This document shows, one piece after another, positions 1 through 10,372 of a stretch of DNA of 64,000 nt. This DNA is from a virus. Numbering within the stretch: position 1 is the stretch's first letter; each line of letters starts with the position of its first letter. A program made the position numbers and the translations under genes. Where the stretch lies: the IMG/VR virus record IMGVR_UViG_3300017971_004694; one strand, given 5' to 3'. The notes under the pieces were generated by a model. It saw only the letters and a program-made list of their open reading frames with translations. It was not told the origin of the DNA and ran no database searches.

Positions 1-330
1 ACCTTCCATCTGGGAAACATTAATAATGTCTGCGTCTTCCACCTCTTCAGTCACAACTTCTCTATTTGAAAGTTCCTGTTTCTGCCGCCTTGGCGGAGCC
101 TTACGCTGCACAAGAGGAGAAATTTCATATTTGACCGCCAAGGCAGTCGCCAGCTTCCTCACGGTGCCCTCGCGCAAGGCCACTTCAGAGGAAATTGTCT
201 GCTCAAGATCTTCTATTAGAGCAAGTAGTTCCTCATCCATGATTTGATTGCCGCAAGAAGGGCATACATTTTGAGCAATTGCGTGCTTAAGCTCTGGTGA
301 TATTTCAAAATTACAAGATCTGCATTTCAT
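1..330 (-). CDS. Hypothetical zinc-ribbon protein, 3' end runs off the window (MKCRSCNFEISPELKHAIAQNVCPSCGNQ...)
   Basis: Hand-translated, not in ORF track. ATG at 330 with AGAGAGG RBS; CxxC...CPSC; frame open to base 1. Confidence 0.8.
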   Translation of the reverse strand, partial: MKCRSCNFEISPELKHAIAQNVCPSCGNQIMDEELLALIEDLEQTISSEVALREGTVRKLATALAVKYEISPLVQRKAPPRRQKQELSNREVVTEEVEDADIINVSQMEG

Positions 331-335
331 TTTCG

Positions 336-383
336 TTCTACCTCTCTACCATAATTTAATGCCTTATTGATAGATAGTCAAGT
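336..383 (-). promoter_or_regulatory. CTATCAATAA motif (364-373) inside a possible sigma70-type promoter TTGACT-N17-TAAATT
   Basis: Minus strand reads TTGACT ATCTATCAATAAGGCAT TAAATT upstream of the ATG at 330. Confidence 0.5.
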
Positions 384-389
384 CTTTTT

Positions 390-3300
390 CTACAATCCTT
401 GCGCTTTTTCTATCTCTCGTAGCATAATGGTCTTTACTCCATTAAATTCGCTTACTTGGCATTTTGCTCTGATTTGTCTTCCCTCCTTCATAATTTTCTT
501 AGCAATTTCATACTGATCCGGCCAAACAGTCAATTCGGTTTCGCCACCATCCACGTCCGCCACACGATATTTAATCATCATTTGGCCCTTGTATCTTCCG
601 CTTTTTATTTTGAACTCTCTCAACATATTTTTGACGAGGAACTCAACCATTATATTGTGGCGATCTGGCAGAATCTTGAGTCTGGCCATGGGTGTTGTGC
701 CCACACCCGTGAAGAAACCGGGAAACATATCATTTACATTCCCTGTGAGCAACTCTCCCAATACATCCTGCTCATGTCTCAAAAGCTCCTGTCTTGGCCA
801 CTCCTCTTCCTCAACCTTTATAGCGCACTCCTCAACAACCAGCTCGGCACCATAACCATCCTTTTTCTTGTTCCTGATGAAAGCGGTCATTTTATCTCTG
901 TTCTTTTTAGCCCCATCATGAACTCCTTTGCGAGATAGATTAAAAGAATCAAAGCAACCAGCTTTGGCAAGAACTTCCTGCCTGGTCTTGTTTATAATCC
1001 TGCCGTCAGTTTTATAGAGAAACTCCATAATGTTGGCGTAGGGCTGTTTATTTACAATTTCTGCAACAGCCTTTTCACCTAAGCCCTTAATAGCCGCAAA
1101 GCCCATAACTATTGATTCCTCATCAAGAACCTCATAGCTGGCTCCGCTTCTGTTAAGATCGGGCGGAATTATCTTAATGCCCATTCTGCGGCACTCTTCC
1201 TTAGCCATGGCCACTTCTTCGTCCTTGTGAATGCCGCCGCGCTCAGTTTTTACTTTTAGATATGCAGCCAAAAAAGCTGCTGGATAATGACACTTTAGAT
1301 ATGCTGTGATATATCCATTGATAGAATAGAATACTGCGTGAGACTTATTAAAACCATAGCCGCTGAACTTACCCACGACCTGATCCCAAAGATTCTTGGA
1401 GAATTCATATTCTACATCGTGTTTCTTCATCAAACCCTCGATGAAGTCCACCTCTAATTGAAGAGCCAGTTCTGGATTCTTGCCCTTGAGTTTCGTAAGC
1501 TTCCTCAAGCCATCCGCCTTATTGAGGTCCCAGCCTGCTACATCTTGGGCCACACCCATCAACTGCTCCTCCATGACGCACAATCCATATGTAGGGGTGA
1601 GAGATTTTGTCAAACTTGGGTGCAGATATGAGATTTTCTTTCTTCCAAACCTACGATCAATATATTCTTGTCTTTCCTCCTTAGAACATGACGGACGGCC
1701 AAGGGCATTTACCATGGCAATGTCCAAGATATTGTTGGGTTTTACTTTTTTGCAAAGCGTCACCATCATCCCTGACTTGCCCAACTGGAAAACACATCTG
1801 GTATTTCCATTTTGAATCATCTTATAGGTTTCTTCATCGCCCATAGGAATATCTTCCATTCTTTCTGGGCCCTTCATTCCCAGACGCCTAATATTCTTGA
1901 AAGTTTCATCTATAACATCCAAGGTGGAAATGGCCAAGAAGTCCATTTTAATCAACCCAAGAGATTCACACCTATTCTTCTCATATTGGACGGCGACATC
2001 ACCGTTCTTATCAACCCTTAGTGGCGCAAATTCGATAATCGGTATGTCTGAAATTACCATAGCCGCCGCATGTGTGGAGAATTCTTTAGGCATCCCAACA
2101 ATTTGGTCAGCATATTCCATAAGTTCTGGGCACCTATCGGCAAATTTCCTTAGATCTGCCGAAAGCTCCATCGCTCTTTCCAGCGTCTTAACCCTCTTTC
2201 CTTTATTATCTTGTTCTGGAATAGCTTTCTTAATGGCCTCGGACACTCTCACATAGTTAGTTCCCTCAGGAACAAGCCCAGGCATAACGTTCCTCATGGA
2301 CTTTACCAAATCGGGAATGACACTTTTGGCTGTATATGAATTGATATTAGAAACTGTTGCACAATGATCATGGCCATATTTCTCTCGAACATAATTCTGA
2401 ACTGCATCCCTCCCCGAGGAAGTAAAATCCGTATCGATGTCGGGGAGGTCGGTTTTATAAGCATTTTGAAACCTCTCAAATAACAGACCATATTCTATTG
2501 GATCTACGCCATGAATACCCAGCAAATAAGCAACCATACAACCACCAACACTGCCTCGTCCTACGCCAACCAGTATGCCATTTTCTCTGGACCAATTGAT
2601 AAAGTCGGCAGTAACCAACATATAAGATGAGAAGTCATTTGCTTCCAATACCTTAAGCTCATGAACCACCCTGTCCCAACGCTCTTTCCTTTCTTCTGTA
2701 GACATATGCCCAAACTTTTCCTTAAAGCCCTTGACAAGCCTGAAGCGCATGAACTCAACATCTTCCTTGAGCCCAGATGCCATCTTTGCCGTCTTGCGCC
2801 AATCAAGGAACTCATCATAGTCTTTTTCGACTTCAGGTTCGAACACAGGAAGGTGATTACCTGTGGTTTCCATATAGTCCGGAGGCTCGCACATACCGGC
2901 GATCTTGACCGTATTTCCAAGTGCTTCATCGGCCACTTCAGTTCCATAGTGTTTGGATAGAAAGTCATATACCTCTTCACCAGATTTGGCGTAGAACTCG
3001 TCTAACCCATATCGATGCCTATTGGGATCATCGACAGGAGCTTTAGAATTTATGGCCATAAGCGTGTCGTGGTATTTTTCGGAATCTCTGGTTAAGTAGT
3101 GTGTATCAACCGAAACCGTCAATGGAATGCCCAGCTTGTTGCCAAGCCTTATAAGACCTTCATTAATTATCTTTTGGTCTATTCGTTCGTTTTTAAGGTG
3201 ATGTGGCTGTATCTCTACAAAGAAACGTTCGCCAAAAATATCGAGGAACCTAAGAGCCACTTCCTGTGCCTCGTCTAGCTTGTCATCCATAATCAGCACA

Positions 3301-3758
3301 GAAAGAGGGCCACTGCTACAAGCAGAAGTGCAGATAAGACCCTCATTGTGTTTCTCAAGCACTTCCCAGCTTATCCTTGGGAATACCCTGCCCATCATTA
3401 AAACAAAATGTTGGAACCCAATATAGTTGGCCTTGAGAAGGTTCTTATAACCAACCTCATTTTGGGCCAAGAGGATCAGGTGCTTCCGCTTCTCAGTCCT
3501 CTTTCTTTTGCCTTCAGCCTGTATGAAATCATAGGAGTGGACAAAATACATCTCACATCCGGGAACAAATTGAACCCCAGTTCTTTTGTAAGCCTTGTGA
3601 GCATCAAAATGAGCTGCTAGGGTGCCGTGATCCGTTATAGCCAGGGCTTTTTGACCAAGTTCTTTCACCCTGTCAAAAAGCTCGTCAACGCCACACAAAG
3701 CATCCAGCATAGAACCCAAATTGGTGTGGGCATGTAGATTTACGAATTCAACGCTCAT
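390..3758 (-). CDS. dnaE: DNA polymerase III alpha subunit (DnaE, family C)
   Basis: PHP motifs HAHT, TDHG, GCE, DTHY; GRGSVGG; FERF; PDIDTDF; GYGFNKSHA; HhH GFAAIKGLG; C-terminal OB fold; 1122 aa, no intein-sized insert. Confidence 0.97.
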   Translation of the reverse strand: MSVEFVNLHAHTNLGSMLDALCGVDELFDRVKELGQKALAITDHGTLAAHFDAHKAYKRTGVQFVPGCEMYFVHSYDFIQAEGKRKRTEKRKHLILLAQNEVGYKNLLKANYIGFQHFVLMMGRVFPRISWEVLEKHNEGLICTSACSSGPLSVLIMDDKLDEAQEVALRFLDIFGERFFVEIQPHHLKNERIDQKIINEGLIRLGNKLGIPLTVSVDTHYLTRDSEKYHDTLMAINSKAPVDDPNRHRYGLDEFYAKSGEEVYDFLSKHYGTEVADEALGNTVKIAGMCEPPDYMETTGNHLPVFEPEVEKDYDEFLDWRKTAKMASGLKEDVEFMRFRLVKGFKEKFGHMSTEERKERWDRVVHELKVLEANDFSSYMLVTADFINWSRENGILVGVGRGSVGGCMVAYLLGIHGVDPIEYGLLFERFQNAYKTDLPDIDTDFTSSGRDAVQNYVREKYGHDHCATVSNINSYTAKSVIPDLVKSMRNVMPGLVPEGTNYVRVSEAIKKAIPEQDNKGKRVKTLERAMELSADLRKFADRCPELMEYADQIVGMPKEFSTHAAAMVISDIPIIEFAPLRVDKNGDVAVQYEKNRCESLGLIKMDFLAISTLDVIDETFKNIRRLGMKGPERMEDIPMGDEETYKMIQNGNTRCVFQLGKSGMMVTLCKKVKPNNILDIAMVNALGRPSCSKEERQEYIDRRFGRKKISYLHPSLTKSLTPTYGLCVMEEQLMGVAQDVAGWDLNKADGLRKLTKLKGKNPELALQLEVDFIEGLMKKHDVEYEFSKNLWDQVVGKFSGYGFNKSHAVFYSINGYITAYLKCHYPAAFLAAYLKVKTERGGIHKDEEVAMAKEECRRMGIKIIPPDLNRSGASYEVLDEESIVMGFAAIKGLGEKAVAEIVNKQPYANIMEFLYKTDGRIINKTRQEVLAKAGCFDSFNLSRKGVHDGAKKNRDKMTAFIRNKKKDGYGAELVVEECAIKVEEEEWPRQELLRHEQDVLGELLTGNVNDMFPGFFTGVGTTPMARLKILPDRHNIMVEFLVKNMLREFKIKSGRYKGQMMIKYRVADVDGGETELTVWPDQYEIAKKIMKEGRQIRAKCQVSEFNGVKTIMLREIEKAQGL

Positions 3759-4081
3759 TTTCCCTTCTTTCCGTGGACATAGGCCGCCAAGGCCGTTTCA
3801 AACCGTCTGACCACTTCAGCCACGTCTTTACTTTTCTTAAACGTAAGCTTTATTTCTCTCAACTTGTCTATACCCACTATAGAGTAATTAGGAGTTTCTA
3901 TTTTAACCATACGCGTCTTATTGAATGGACGACAATTCTTACCAAATGATTTCATGGCTCCTACTATACTCTCGTCCAGGCGCACTGGTAGTATATAGGT
4001 ATATACCAAACTCCTCTTGCTACAAGAGCAACCAGAACGCACTTTGAATCTAACTTTTAGTTTTTTAAGCTGGTCAAGCAT
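3755..4081 (-). CDS. Hypothetical protein
   Basis: 108 aa ORF, 4-nt overlap with dnaE start, operon-like packing. Confidence 0.7.
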   Translation of the reverse strand: MLDQLKKLKVRFKVRSGCSCSKRSLVYTYILPVRLDESIVGAMKSFGKNCRPFNKTRMVKIETPNYSIVGIDKLREIKLTFKKSKDVAEVVRRFETALAAYVHGKKGK

Positions 4082-4082
4082 A

Positions 4083-4484
4083 TTAAATATCGGCCCTAGC
4101 CATAACTAACTCAACGGGGCCATCCTCCCCACGCGCAGAATGAACGGCCAATGACTTAACCAGATCGCCGCCCTCGTCTTCATCTTCTTTCTCTACCTCA
4201 AGCACCAGCTTAATGAAGTCTTGTTTTACGGTGAAAGAAACAACAGTTAGATCATGAGAGTCAGTATCAGTGTTCTCAAAATCTCTAAGCAAGGAGGCGC
4301 TCACCGGAGTGGAATCTGCCGCCGTAGAATGAAGCTCAAGAGACTTTAGCACATCTCCAACATCTCCATCTCCAGCCCTAATGTCATCCTTGTTTCCCTT
4401 AAGAACCGCCTTAATCTTCTCTTTCTTAACCGTGAAAGTATCAACATAAAAACCCTGAACTGCTCTAATATTCGTGTCTACCAT
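4083..4484 (-). CDS. Hypothetical acidic protein with an internal duplication
   Basis: 133 aa; GDVLKSLELHS...PV repeated as GDLVKSLAVHS...PV. Confidence 0.75.
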   Translation of the reverse strand: MVDTNIRAVQGFYVDTFTVKKEKIKAVLKGNKDDIRAGDGDVGDVLKSLELHSTAADSTPVSASLLRDFENTDTDSHDLTVVSFTVKQDFIKLVLEVEKEDEDEGGDLVKSLAVHSARGEDGPVELVMARADI

Positions 4485-4494
4485 TTTTTGCTCC

Positions 4495-5793
4495 TTATCC
4501 CAGCGGATTCTCGGGAATCTCGCAGTTGTCGCCCGCTTCTTCTACGGGTTCTTCCTCAGTCTCGATCTGAGCCTGATTCAAAATTAGATCAAAAACTTTC
4601 CTATGCTTAATGGCGGCTATGACACCATCCATCAAACCTTCTTTTTGAATGTGGTCTTGGAGAGCCAACCTGCCCATATTCAGCCTCTCAGCTTCAGATT
4701 TTATAACCAAATCAAGCTCTTCTTGGGTGACCTTCATATTTTCAGCTTTGTAAATGGCTTCTAGAATAAACGACCTTCTAATGTTCCTCTCAGCCATATC
4801 CCTGATGCGCTTTTTGGTTTCCTCATCAGGCTGGGATGCTTGAAGCTGGCCATATGTATGTTTCTCTTCATCTTCAACCCACTGCTCGGGAACTTCAAAT
4901 TCGTGTGTTTCTACAAGCTTGTCTACAACCTGCTCTTCAAGAACTTGCCTTACTTGGTTCTCAGCTCTCTGCTTCGCATCCTTCTTGAACAATTCCATAA
5001 GCTCTTCATGGGAGGGGGCTTGCATCTTTTCAACAAGTTCCTCCTCATTGGGCTCTCTTCTTTCTGTGGCGACAATAAGCTCAATTCTCACATCAGCTTC
5101 CTTGCCAGCATGCTCATGACCTTCAGGCATGGTGATTTTCTCAGTCTTCATCTTGCCAACCTTCATGCCAACCAGATTCTCGCCAAACGGAGGTTCCTGC
5201 CCCTCGGCTATCAAGAAGTTGTTGCCCTCGCCTTTGGTAATCTCCTTTCCATCAATATGGACCCAGAAATTCACTGTAGCCACAGAATTGAGCACAACCT
5301 CCTCAATCTTGGTCTCAACCATGTGTTGCGACCTTGCCTCTTCTATAATGTGTTCGAGGATGTGTTCTTCATCCATTTTGGGTTGTGTAAGTTGCATGCC
5401 CACATAGCCACTTGGGACAATCTCGGGCTTGATTTCTGCATATATTTCACAGCAAAAAGTCCCGTCCATTTCAAAGTCCGCCTTTTCAATTTTGGGCTCG
5501 CCCAAGGGCTCTATCTTTTGTTCAAAACAAGCATAGAAGAAAGCCTCTTGAGATAGAATTGAAGACGCGGCAGCCTTCACATCATTGGGATGGTAAAGAT
5601 CTACAAGGTGATCCGGAGCCTTCCCCTTCCTAAAGCCCTTGATTTGAACTTGCTTTCCGATTATATTACAAGCTCTTTTCATGGCCGCCTTAACAATTTC
5701 AATATCGGAGACTATTGTAAGCTTGCGCTTCAACCCTCCGAGATTCTCCATGGTTACTACGTGGTGCAGTTTATCTTGTTCTTCTTCTGGCAT
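4495..5793 (-). CDS. tig: Trigger factor (ribosome-associated chaperone)
   Basis: Ribosome-binding signature GFRKGKAP, FKBP-like middle domain, C-terminal domain with FEVPEQWV; 432 aa. Confidence 0.93.
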   Translation of the reverse strand: MPEEEQDKLHHVVTMENLGGLKRKLTIVSDIEIVKAAMKRACNIIGKQVQIKGFRKGKAPDHLVDLYHPNDVKAAASSILSQEAFFYACFEQKIEPLGEPKIEKADFEMDGTFCCEIYAEIKPEIVPSGYVGMQLTQPKMDEEHILEHIIEEARSQHMVETKIEEVVLNSVATVNFWVHIDGKEITKGEGNNFLIAEGQEPPFGENLVGMKVGKMKTEKITMPEGHEHAGKEADVRIELIVATERREPNEEELVEKMQAPSHEELMELFKKDAKQRAENQVRQVLEEQVVDKLVETHEFEVPEQWVEDEEKHTYGQLQASQPDEETKKRIRDMAERNIRRSFILEAIYKAENMKVTQEELDLVIKSEAERLNMGRLALQDHIQKEGLMDGVIAAIKHRKVFDLILNQAQIETEEEPVEEAGDNCEIPENPLG

Positions 5794-7408
5794 CTTCTTG
5801 CTCCTTTACAATTTTCTTGGCTTTCTCAAGCATAGTTTTTCTTCCTTCCCAAAAAGAGTTGTCTCTCGTATCAGTCCTCTCTTCCATGATAATTCTATCG
5901 ATTATATCCTTAAGCGTCCTAGAGCGCAACCTCAATATCCTCTGTATTGGCGCATGTGTGCAGTGGCCAGGCATCATTATTGCCTCGACTTTAACTATAT
6001 CACCGGGTTTTAGTTCTGATTTGTGAGAAATATGAATTGAATGCCACCTTAATAGTCTGATGTCTTCCGTATAATCCTTATTGTGCGCCGATATTGATAG
6101 AATCCTAGCCAGCCGTGGCCGTATCTTACCCTTAGCTGGCTTAATGTTAGAGCAATTTGATATAGACATTTTGGAAGAAACTTCCGCTTTGAATACAGAC
6201 TTGGGACCACCAGAAAACTTCGGCGGCTTGCAGAACCACTTCAAGTCTTTCAGGCTCTTAATTTGAGGGCGCATCTTGTTGATTCTATCCATGCTTTCTT
6301 CAAGAATATCCATCCAGATGTAAAATATGGACTGATGTATGCTGCCATCTTGGCCCCTGATCACATTGGTGAATTTCTTTTTCGATTGCTCTGGAAATCT
6401 AAGCGCCTCCTTTTTGGTCGTGTCTCTTTCATGCTCAGTCCAACCAAAGAAATACAAAGAAGCATCTTTCCAGCAATTGGCCATCCAATTGGCGACAGCC
6501 ATATAAAAACACCAAGAAATGAAGTTAGAGAAAGTATTTATGTTGAGTCTAGACATCTTGATGATGATTTCTTCTAATAATATCTCTATTCTCTGCTTAT
6601 TTAGTATTTCGTCATCCGGACTGAATTGATTAGCGGTCAGTTTTGGGGCCACACTCTCATCATCCAAAGTCAGTTCATCTGGTTTTACCCAAATGTGCAT
6701 TGTAGGCAGTTCTTCATCTACATCGACTTGGAAATACACAAAGCGCTTTATTTCCTCTATACTCTTTTTAGCTTCAGCTATTTCTTCAGGGTCATCTGAA
6801 TTCTTCACCAACATCTTAAGATTTTCTAATTTATCTCTACAGGTCGGACAAGAATAACAATCCAAACCCTCATAAATAAGAACAACCTTGCGGCCACCAA
6901 TTAAACAGCCTGGGCAAGCAGGAACAACCCTAGATCTATAGCCCAACTCTGCTCCGATGTCTCTTAGCGTATTGTTCTTAATCGACTCGGTTATATAGGC
7001 TCCTGGCGGCTTTATATTCTCGCCGTCATACCACTTGCCCTCTAGATATTGTCTAAGTGCTTTTGAGGTTGTATCAATAACCCTGGCTATAACAGAACGG
7101 CTCATCGGCAAGTCATCAATGCTTATTCCTAGCCTCTCAGCTTCTTTTCTTTGCTCGCTATTAATAATAGGGAAGGGAAGCCCTTTTCTCTTTCCGCTTT
7201 TCCACTTAACCTCGTCGAACCATCTTTTACCAAACAATAAGATGGCGTTAGGTAGAATCCAGGAGTTGAATAGCGCTTCGTTTTCTCGGATTTCTTTCCA
7301 GTTTTGCGGGTCGCCTATGATTTCGTTGAAGGCATCTTTAGAGCCTACGCTTTCATAGGTTTTTTGTATGCCTAACTTTTCAGGCACAGGCCACAACTTT
7401 CTCATCAC
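5771..7408 (-). CDS. Hypothetical protein with two CxxC motifs
   Basis: 545 aa ORF; CPGC...CPTC; no family recognised. Confidence 0.75.
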   Translation of the reverse strand: MMRKLWPVPEKLGIQKTYESVGSKDAFNEIIGDPQNWKEIRENEALFNSWILPNAILLFGKRWFDEVKWKSGKRKGLPFPIINSEQRKEAERLGISIDDLPMSRSVIARVIDTTSKALRQYLEGKWYDGENIKPPGAYITESIKNNTLRDIGAELGYRSRVVPACPGCLIGGRKVVLIYEGLDCYSCPTCRDKLENLKMLVKNSDDPEEIAEAKKSIEEIKRFVYFQVDVDEELPTMHIWVKPDELTLDDESVAPKLTANQFSPDDEILNKQRIEILLEEIIIKMSRLNINTFSNFISWCFYMAVANWMANCWKDASLYFFGWTEHERDTTKKEALRFPEQSKKKFTNVIRGQDGSIHQSIFYIWMDILEESMDRINKMRPQIKSLKDLKWFCKPPKFSGGPKSVFKAEVSSKMSISNCSNIKPAKGKIRPRLARILSISAHNKDYTEDIRLLRWHSIHISHKSELKPGDIVKVEAIMMPGHCTHAPIQRILRLRSRTLKDIIDRIIMEERTDTRDNSFWEGRKTMLEKAKKIVKEQEDARRRTR

Positions 7409-7420
7409 TTTCCTTTCTTT

Positions 7421-8182
7421 CTACCAACTATTAAAACAAGGACCCTTGAAATCGCACCAGTCGCAGAGGATAGTTGGCTTTGTAATCCAACGCTCTTCTT
7501 CTGTGATTGCCTCTGCGGCTTCCAGAAGCTCTCTCTTTTGTTTCTCAACATCTTCCTTGCTGAAATCATAGCTAATGTGCATATTCCCGAATCTAAGCAT
7601 AATGTAAGAACCACGGAATCTATCTACCTCTGGGAACTTGTCCAAAAGATAGATTCCATATATTCTAAGCTGCTCTGGATCCATATACTTGGGATTCTTA
7701 CTCGTTTTGTAATCTTTAATGTGGTATACCCCATCTGCGTCTCGATCCAGTCTGTCGATAATACCACGAATCTCGTATTTTTCGTTAAGAGGAAGCGTAA
7801 AGTCTTTCTCCAGCTCCAATATCTCGGAACCAATTCCCTTTTCCTCAATAGCATTCAGGTATTGAACCAAAATATCACGAGTGGTAAGCAACACTTCCGG
7901 ATCCAACGAGCCTTTCTTCTCCATCTGATCTCGCTGCTTCTTAAAAGACTTTTTCATGAGACGCGCCAAGTTGCGTTTTCTCTTGCTGTCTTTTCTGTAG
8001 CTCTTGTGGAAATAATCAAGCGCACCGTGAGCAAGGGTTCCAATATCAAAGTGATCCCATTGCTTTCTGGGCAGCTTCTCCACATAGTTGTAGTAATACT
8101 TACGAGGACATTGATGGTAAGTCTTTACTTTTGAGGCTGACAAGGTGAGAATAATTGAATCTCTATCTTCTGGCTTTTTCAT
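7421..8182 (-). CDS. PD-(D/E)XK nuclease superfamily protein (RecB/AddB-like exonuclease)
   Basis: LSASKVKTYHQCPRKYY, GTLAH, GIIDRLD, IKDYKT, QLRIY; C-terminal CDWCDFKGPC (likely Fe-S). Confidence 0.9.
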   Translation of the reverse strand: MKKPEDRDSIILTLSASKVKTYHQCPRKYYYNYVEKLPRKQWDHFDIGTLAHGALDYFHKSYRKDSKRKRNLARLMKKSFKKQRDQMEKKGSLDPEVLLTTRDILVQYLNAIEEKGIGSEILELEKDFTLPLNEKYEIRGIIDRLDRDADGVYHIKDYKTSKNPKYMDPEQLRIYGIYLLDKFPEVDRFRGSYIMLRFGNMHISYDFSKEDVEKQKRELLEAAEAITEEERWITKPTILCDWCDFKGPCFNSW

Positions 8183-8191
8183 GTCTTTTCC

Positions 8192-9100
8192 TTAGATGAT
8201 CATGCTTCTTCTGTTATACACCCAGCGAAACACTAATGGCTGGCCTGTTTGTCTTCTGTCTCCTAAAGCTTGTGGAACTTGTGTAGGATCATAATTTTGA
8301 ATGCTCTTGATCCATCTTTGTTCATTCATATCAAGGTAATAAGCGACTGCTATGCCCTTATCTGGATTATAGAAGGTTCTTAAATGACTTCCAGATATAT
8401 AGGGGCTTGAGCCCAAAAGCTCACGGCCCTGAAGATATTTGACTACATCAACAGAACTACCCCATGGCCTATTGATAGGATATACCGACTCGTCTCCATA
8501 TCCATCTCTTCCATCCAGAACGATATATAGAGATCTGGGATTAAAGAATACGTTGTCGTCATTTGGCGAAGATGCCTCGGGATCCACCGCAGAGGCAAGC
8601 TCTCTTTGTTCTGCCGGAACTGGCCCTAGCGTGACACATGTTCCTGGTCCATAGCCATCTGGCCCTGTTCTTGAGCATTTTATTTCGTAACATTTTAAAA
8701 GCTTGTCTGCATATCTAGCCGGTATTATAACTTCACCAATATCGTCGGGTTTATAACCATCAAGAACTACGGGATCAACACCATAAGCATCAACTACGAC
8801 GCTTGCCCCACCATCAGCGGGAAGTCTCCTTGGGGCGCTAAGCTCCGAAGAATCGGTAGAATAAACTACGCTTAGCCTACCAGTATCAGCACCACTGACG
8901 GCAAGAACTCTTAGACGAACCGTGCCAGTTGTAGGCAAATCAATGGGAGCCAAATATATCTGAGAGAATAGATTTGGCTCAGTGCCATCCAACGTAAAGA
9001 AGATGGTAGCCGGAACATTTGTGGTAAGTATTACATTATTAGGAATTCCGGATATAAAAAACGGACCCTGCTGGATAGCTGTGATGGTAATAACGGCCAT
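8192..9100 (-). CDS. Protein with N-terminal Fn3-associated/chitobiase-C-like Ig domain, possibly virion-associated
   Basis: ATIFFTLDGTEP...IYLAPIDL...VRLRVLAV pattern; 302 aa. Confidence 0.6.
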   Translation of the reverse strand: MAVITITAIQQGPFFISGIPNNVILTTNVPATIFFTLDGTEPNLFSQIYLAPIDLPTTGTVRLRVLAVSGADTGRLSVVYSTDSSELSAPRRLPADGGASVVVDAYGVDPVVLDGYKPDDIGEVIIPARYADKLLKCYEIKCSRTGPDGYGPGTCVTLGPVPAEQRELASAVDPEASSPNDDNVFFNPRSLYIVLDGRDGYGDESVYPINRPWGSSVDVVKYLQGRELLGSSPYISGSHLRTFYNPDKGIAVAYYLDMNEQRWIKSIQNYDPTQVPQALGDRRQTGQPLVFRWVYNRRSMII

Positions 9101-9116
9101 TTATACTAGACGCTCC

Positions 9117-9527
9117 TTATTTCACTAGTCTTAGGAATCCTTTGTGCTCGCTCTTCGAATCTGACTCGTTAAATATGATTTGAGCCACTCTTCTCACAAT
9201 AGAGGCCATTTCTCTCCAGCGATTATCGTAGGTTCCATGTTCTTCAATCTTCCTGGCTCTCTCCAAAGCTTCATCGTGGAGGCCCATTAGTTCATCCTCA
9301 ATCTCCATGCCTGTAAGCTTGAGATTGATTTGTTGCGCCTTATCCTGTCTGGCTGCCTGCAAAACCAATTCATAGAAAGCATCAGGAGTAGTGTCCACAT
9401 ACTTAGAAAAAAACATATCAATTTTGTCTGGGACAAACTCTTTTTCCATTTCAATGCTTCCTTTCGTTTCTTGTGGCGGAAACCAGAACTTGATAAAGAA
9501 TTCAAATATGTTAAACAGTATTTTCAT
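9117..9527 (-). CDS. Hypothetical protein (alternative start 9449)
   Basis: ORF track; GAAAGGAAG RBS before ATG 9449. Confidence 0.65.
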   Translation of the reverse strand: MKILFNIFEFFIKFWFPPQETKGSIEMEKEFVPDKIDMFFSKYVDTTPDAFYELVLQAARQDKAQQINLKLTGMEIEDELMGLHDEALERARKIEEHGTYDNRWREMASIVRRVAQIIFNESDSKSEHKGFLRLVK

Positions 9528-9702
9528 CTTTAGGTTCGGGTCCTCTGTAAATAACTACATACTGCTCGGCGCGTTTCTTCCAACGGCACTTGTGAATAAA
9601 ATCCATTAGATTGAAATCACGACTTAATTCTTTGTACCAGAAACTAAGAGCTTTGCGCACAGCTCTATGTAGTTCTAGGTCTATCCACTGCTTAATGATC
9701 AT
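9511..9702 (-). CDS. Small hypothetical protein
   Basis: 63 aa, AAGGAGGTG RBS upstream. Confidence 0.65.
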   Translation of the reverse strand: MIIKQWIDLELHRAVRKALSFWYKELSRDFNLMDFIHKCRWKKRAEQYVVIYRGPEPKDENTV

Positions 9703-9751
9703 TAGACACCTCCTTGGGCGTCAACGACCATATGGACATCGGACGCCCGAT

Positions 9752-10372
9752 CTACGTTCGTTCAGGGGGTTTTTCGCTACTATCCGAGTCCATTACTCCT
9801 CCTAGAATTACTTTCTCGTAAAACTTTTCTAACTCTGTATGTGTTTCTTCTAATGTATTGGAAGTATTCCAAAACTTAGGGTGATGTATAACATCCTTTA
9901 AGTTTATCTTAGTTCCGGGGATCCTATCCAAAGCTAATTCCTCTTTGTAATTCCTCAGGACCAATATTAGATTGGCATCAGCAAAGTGCGTAAAGTATGT
10001 GCATTCCATTTGCGTTCTAACATCGGAAATAACTGCACGTTTCACACCACTATCCCCTATGGCCTTGAGAGTCAAGTGCATAAAATGCGTGGGATTTTCA
10101 ACCTCTTTGCATTTCTCAGCACTAAACTTCCATAGTCCATCGCGAATCTTTTGTTCAAGCTCGGTGCCTCTTGCTGCCTTGAACTGCTCTTCGCTATAGC
10201 CACTTTCAGCGTAATAGCCCTTCTTAATTTCGTCTGCTACAGCAAACTTGGCAAAACCTTTCTCAACAAGAAAATCGGCAACAGTATCTTTGCCCGCGCC
10301 CGGAGCGCCTATCAGGCCAATAATGTTGATGTCCCAAAAGGGATTGTCTTTAAAAGTCATACTCTTCCCCAT
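9752..10372 (-). CDS. Deoxynucleoside monophosphate kinase-like P-loop protein
   Basis: IGLIGAPGAGKDTVA Walker A, FAVADEIK, ISDVR motifs typical of phage dNMP kinases. Confidence 0.8.
   Translation of the reverse strand: MGKSMTFKDNPFWDINIIGLIGAPGAGKDTVADFLVEKGFAKFAVADEIKKGYYAESGYSEEQFKAARGTELEQKIRDGLWKFSAEKCKEVENPTHFMHLTLKAIGDSGVKRAVISDVRTQMECTYFTHFADANLILVLRNYKEELALDRIPGTKINLKDVIHHPKFWNTSNTLEETHTELEKFYEKVILGGVMDSDSSEKPPERT

Noticed and set aside
390-3758. Inteins or introns in dnaE (and gyrB)
   Set aside because: Lengths and motif spacing are normal; no intein junction motifs seen.
7421-8182. Cas4 call for the PD-(D/E)XK nuclease
   Set aside because: No cas1, cas2 or array; stand-alone RecB-like nucleases are common in large phages.
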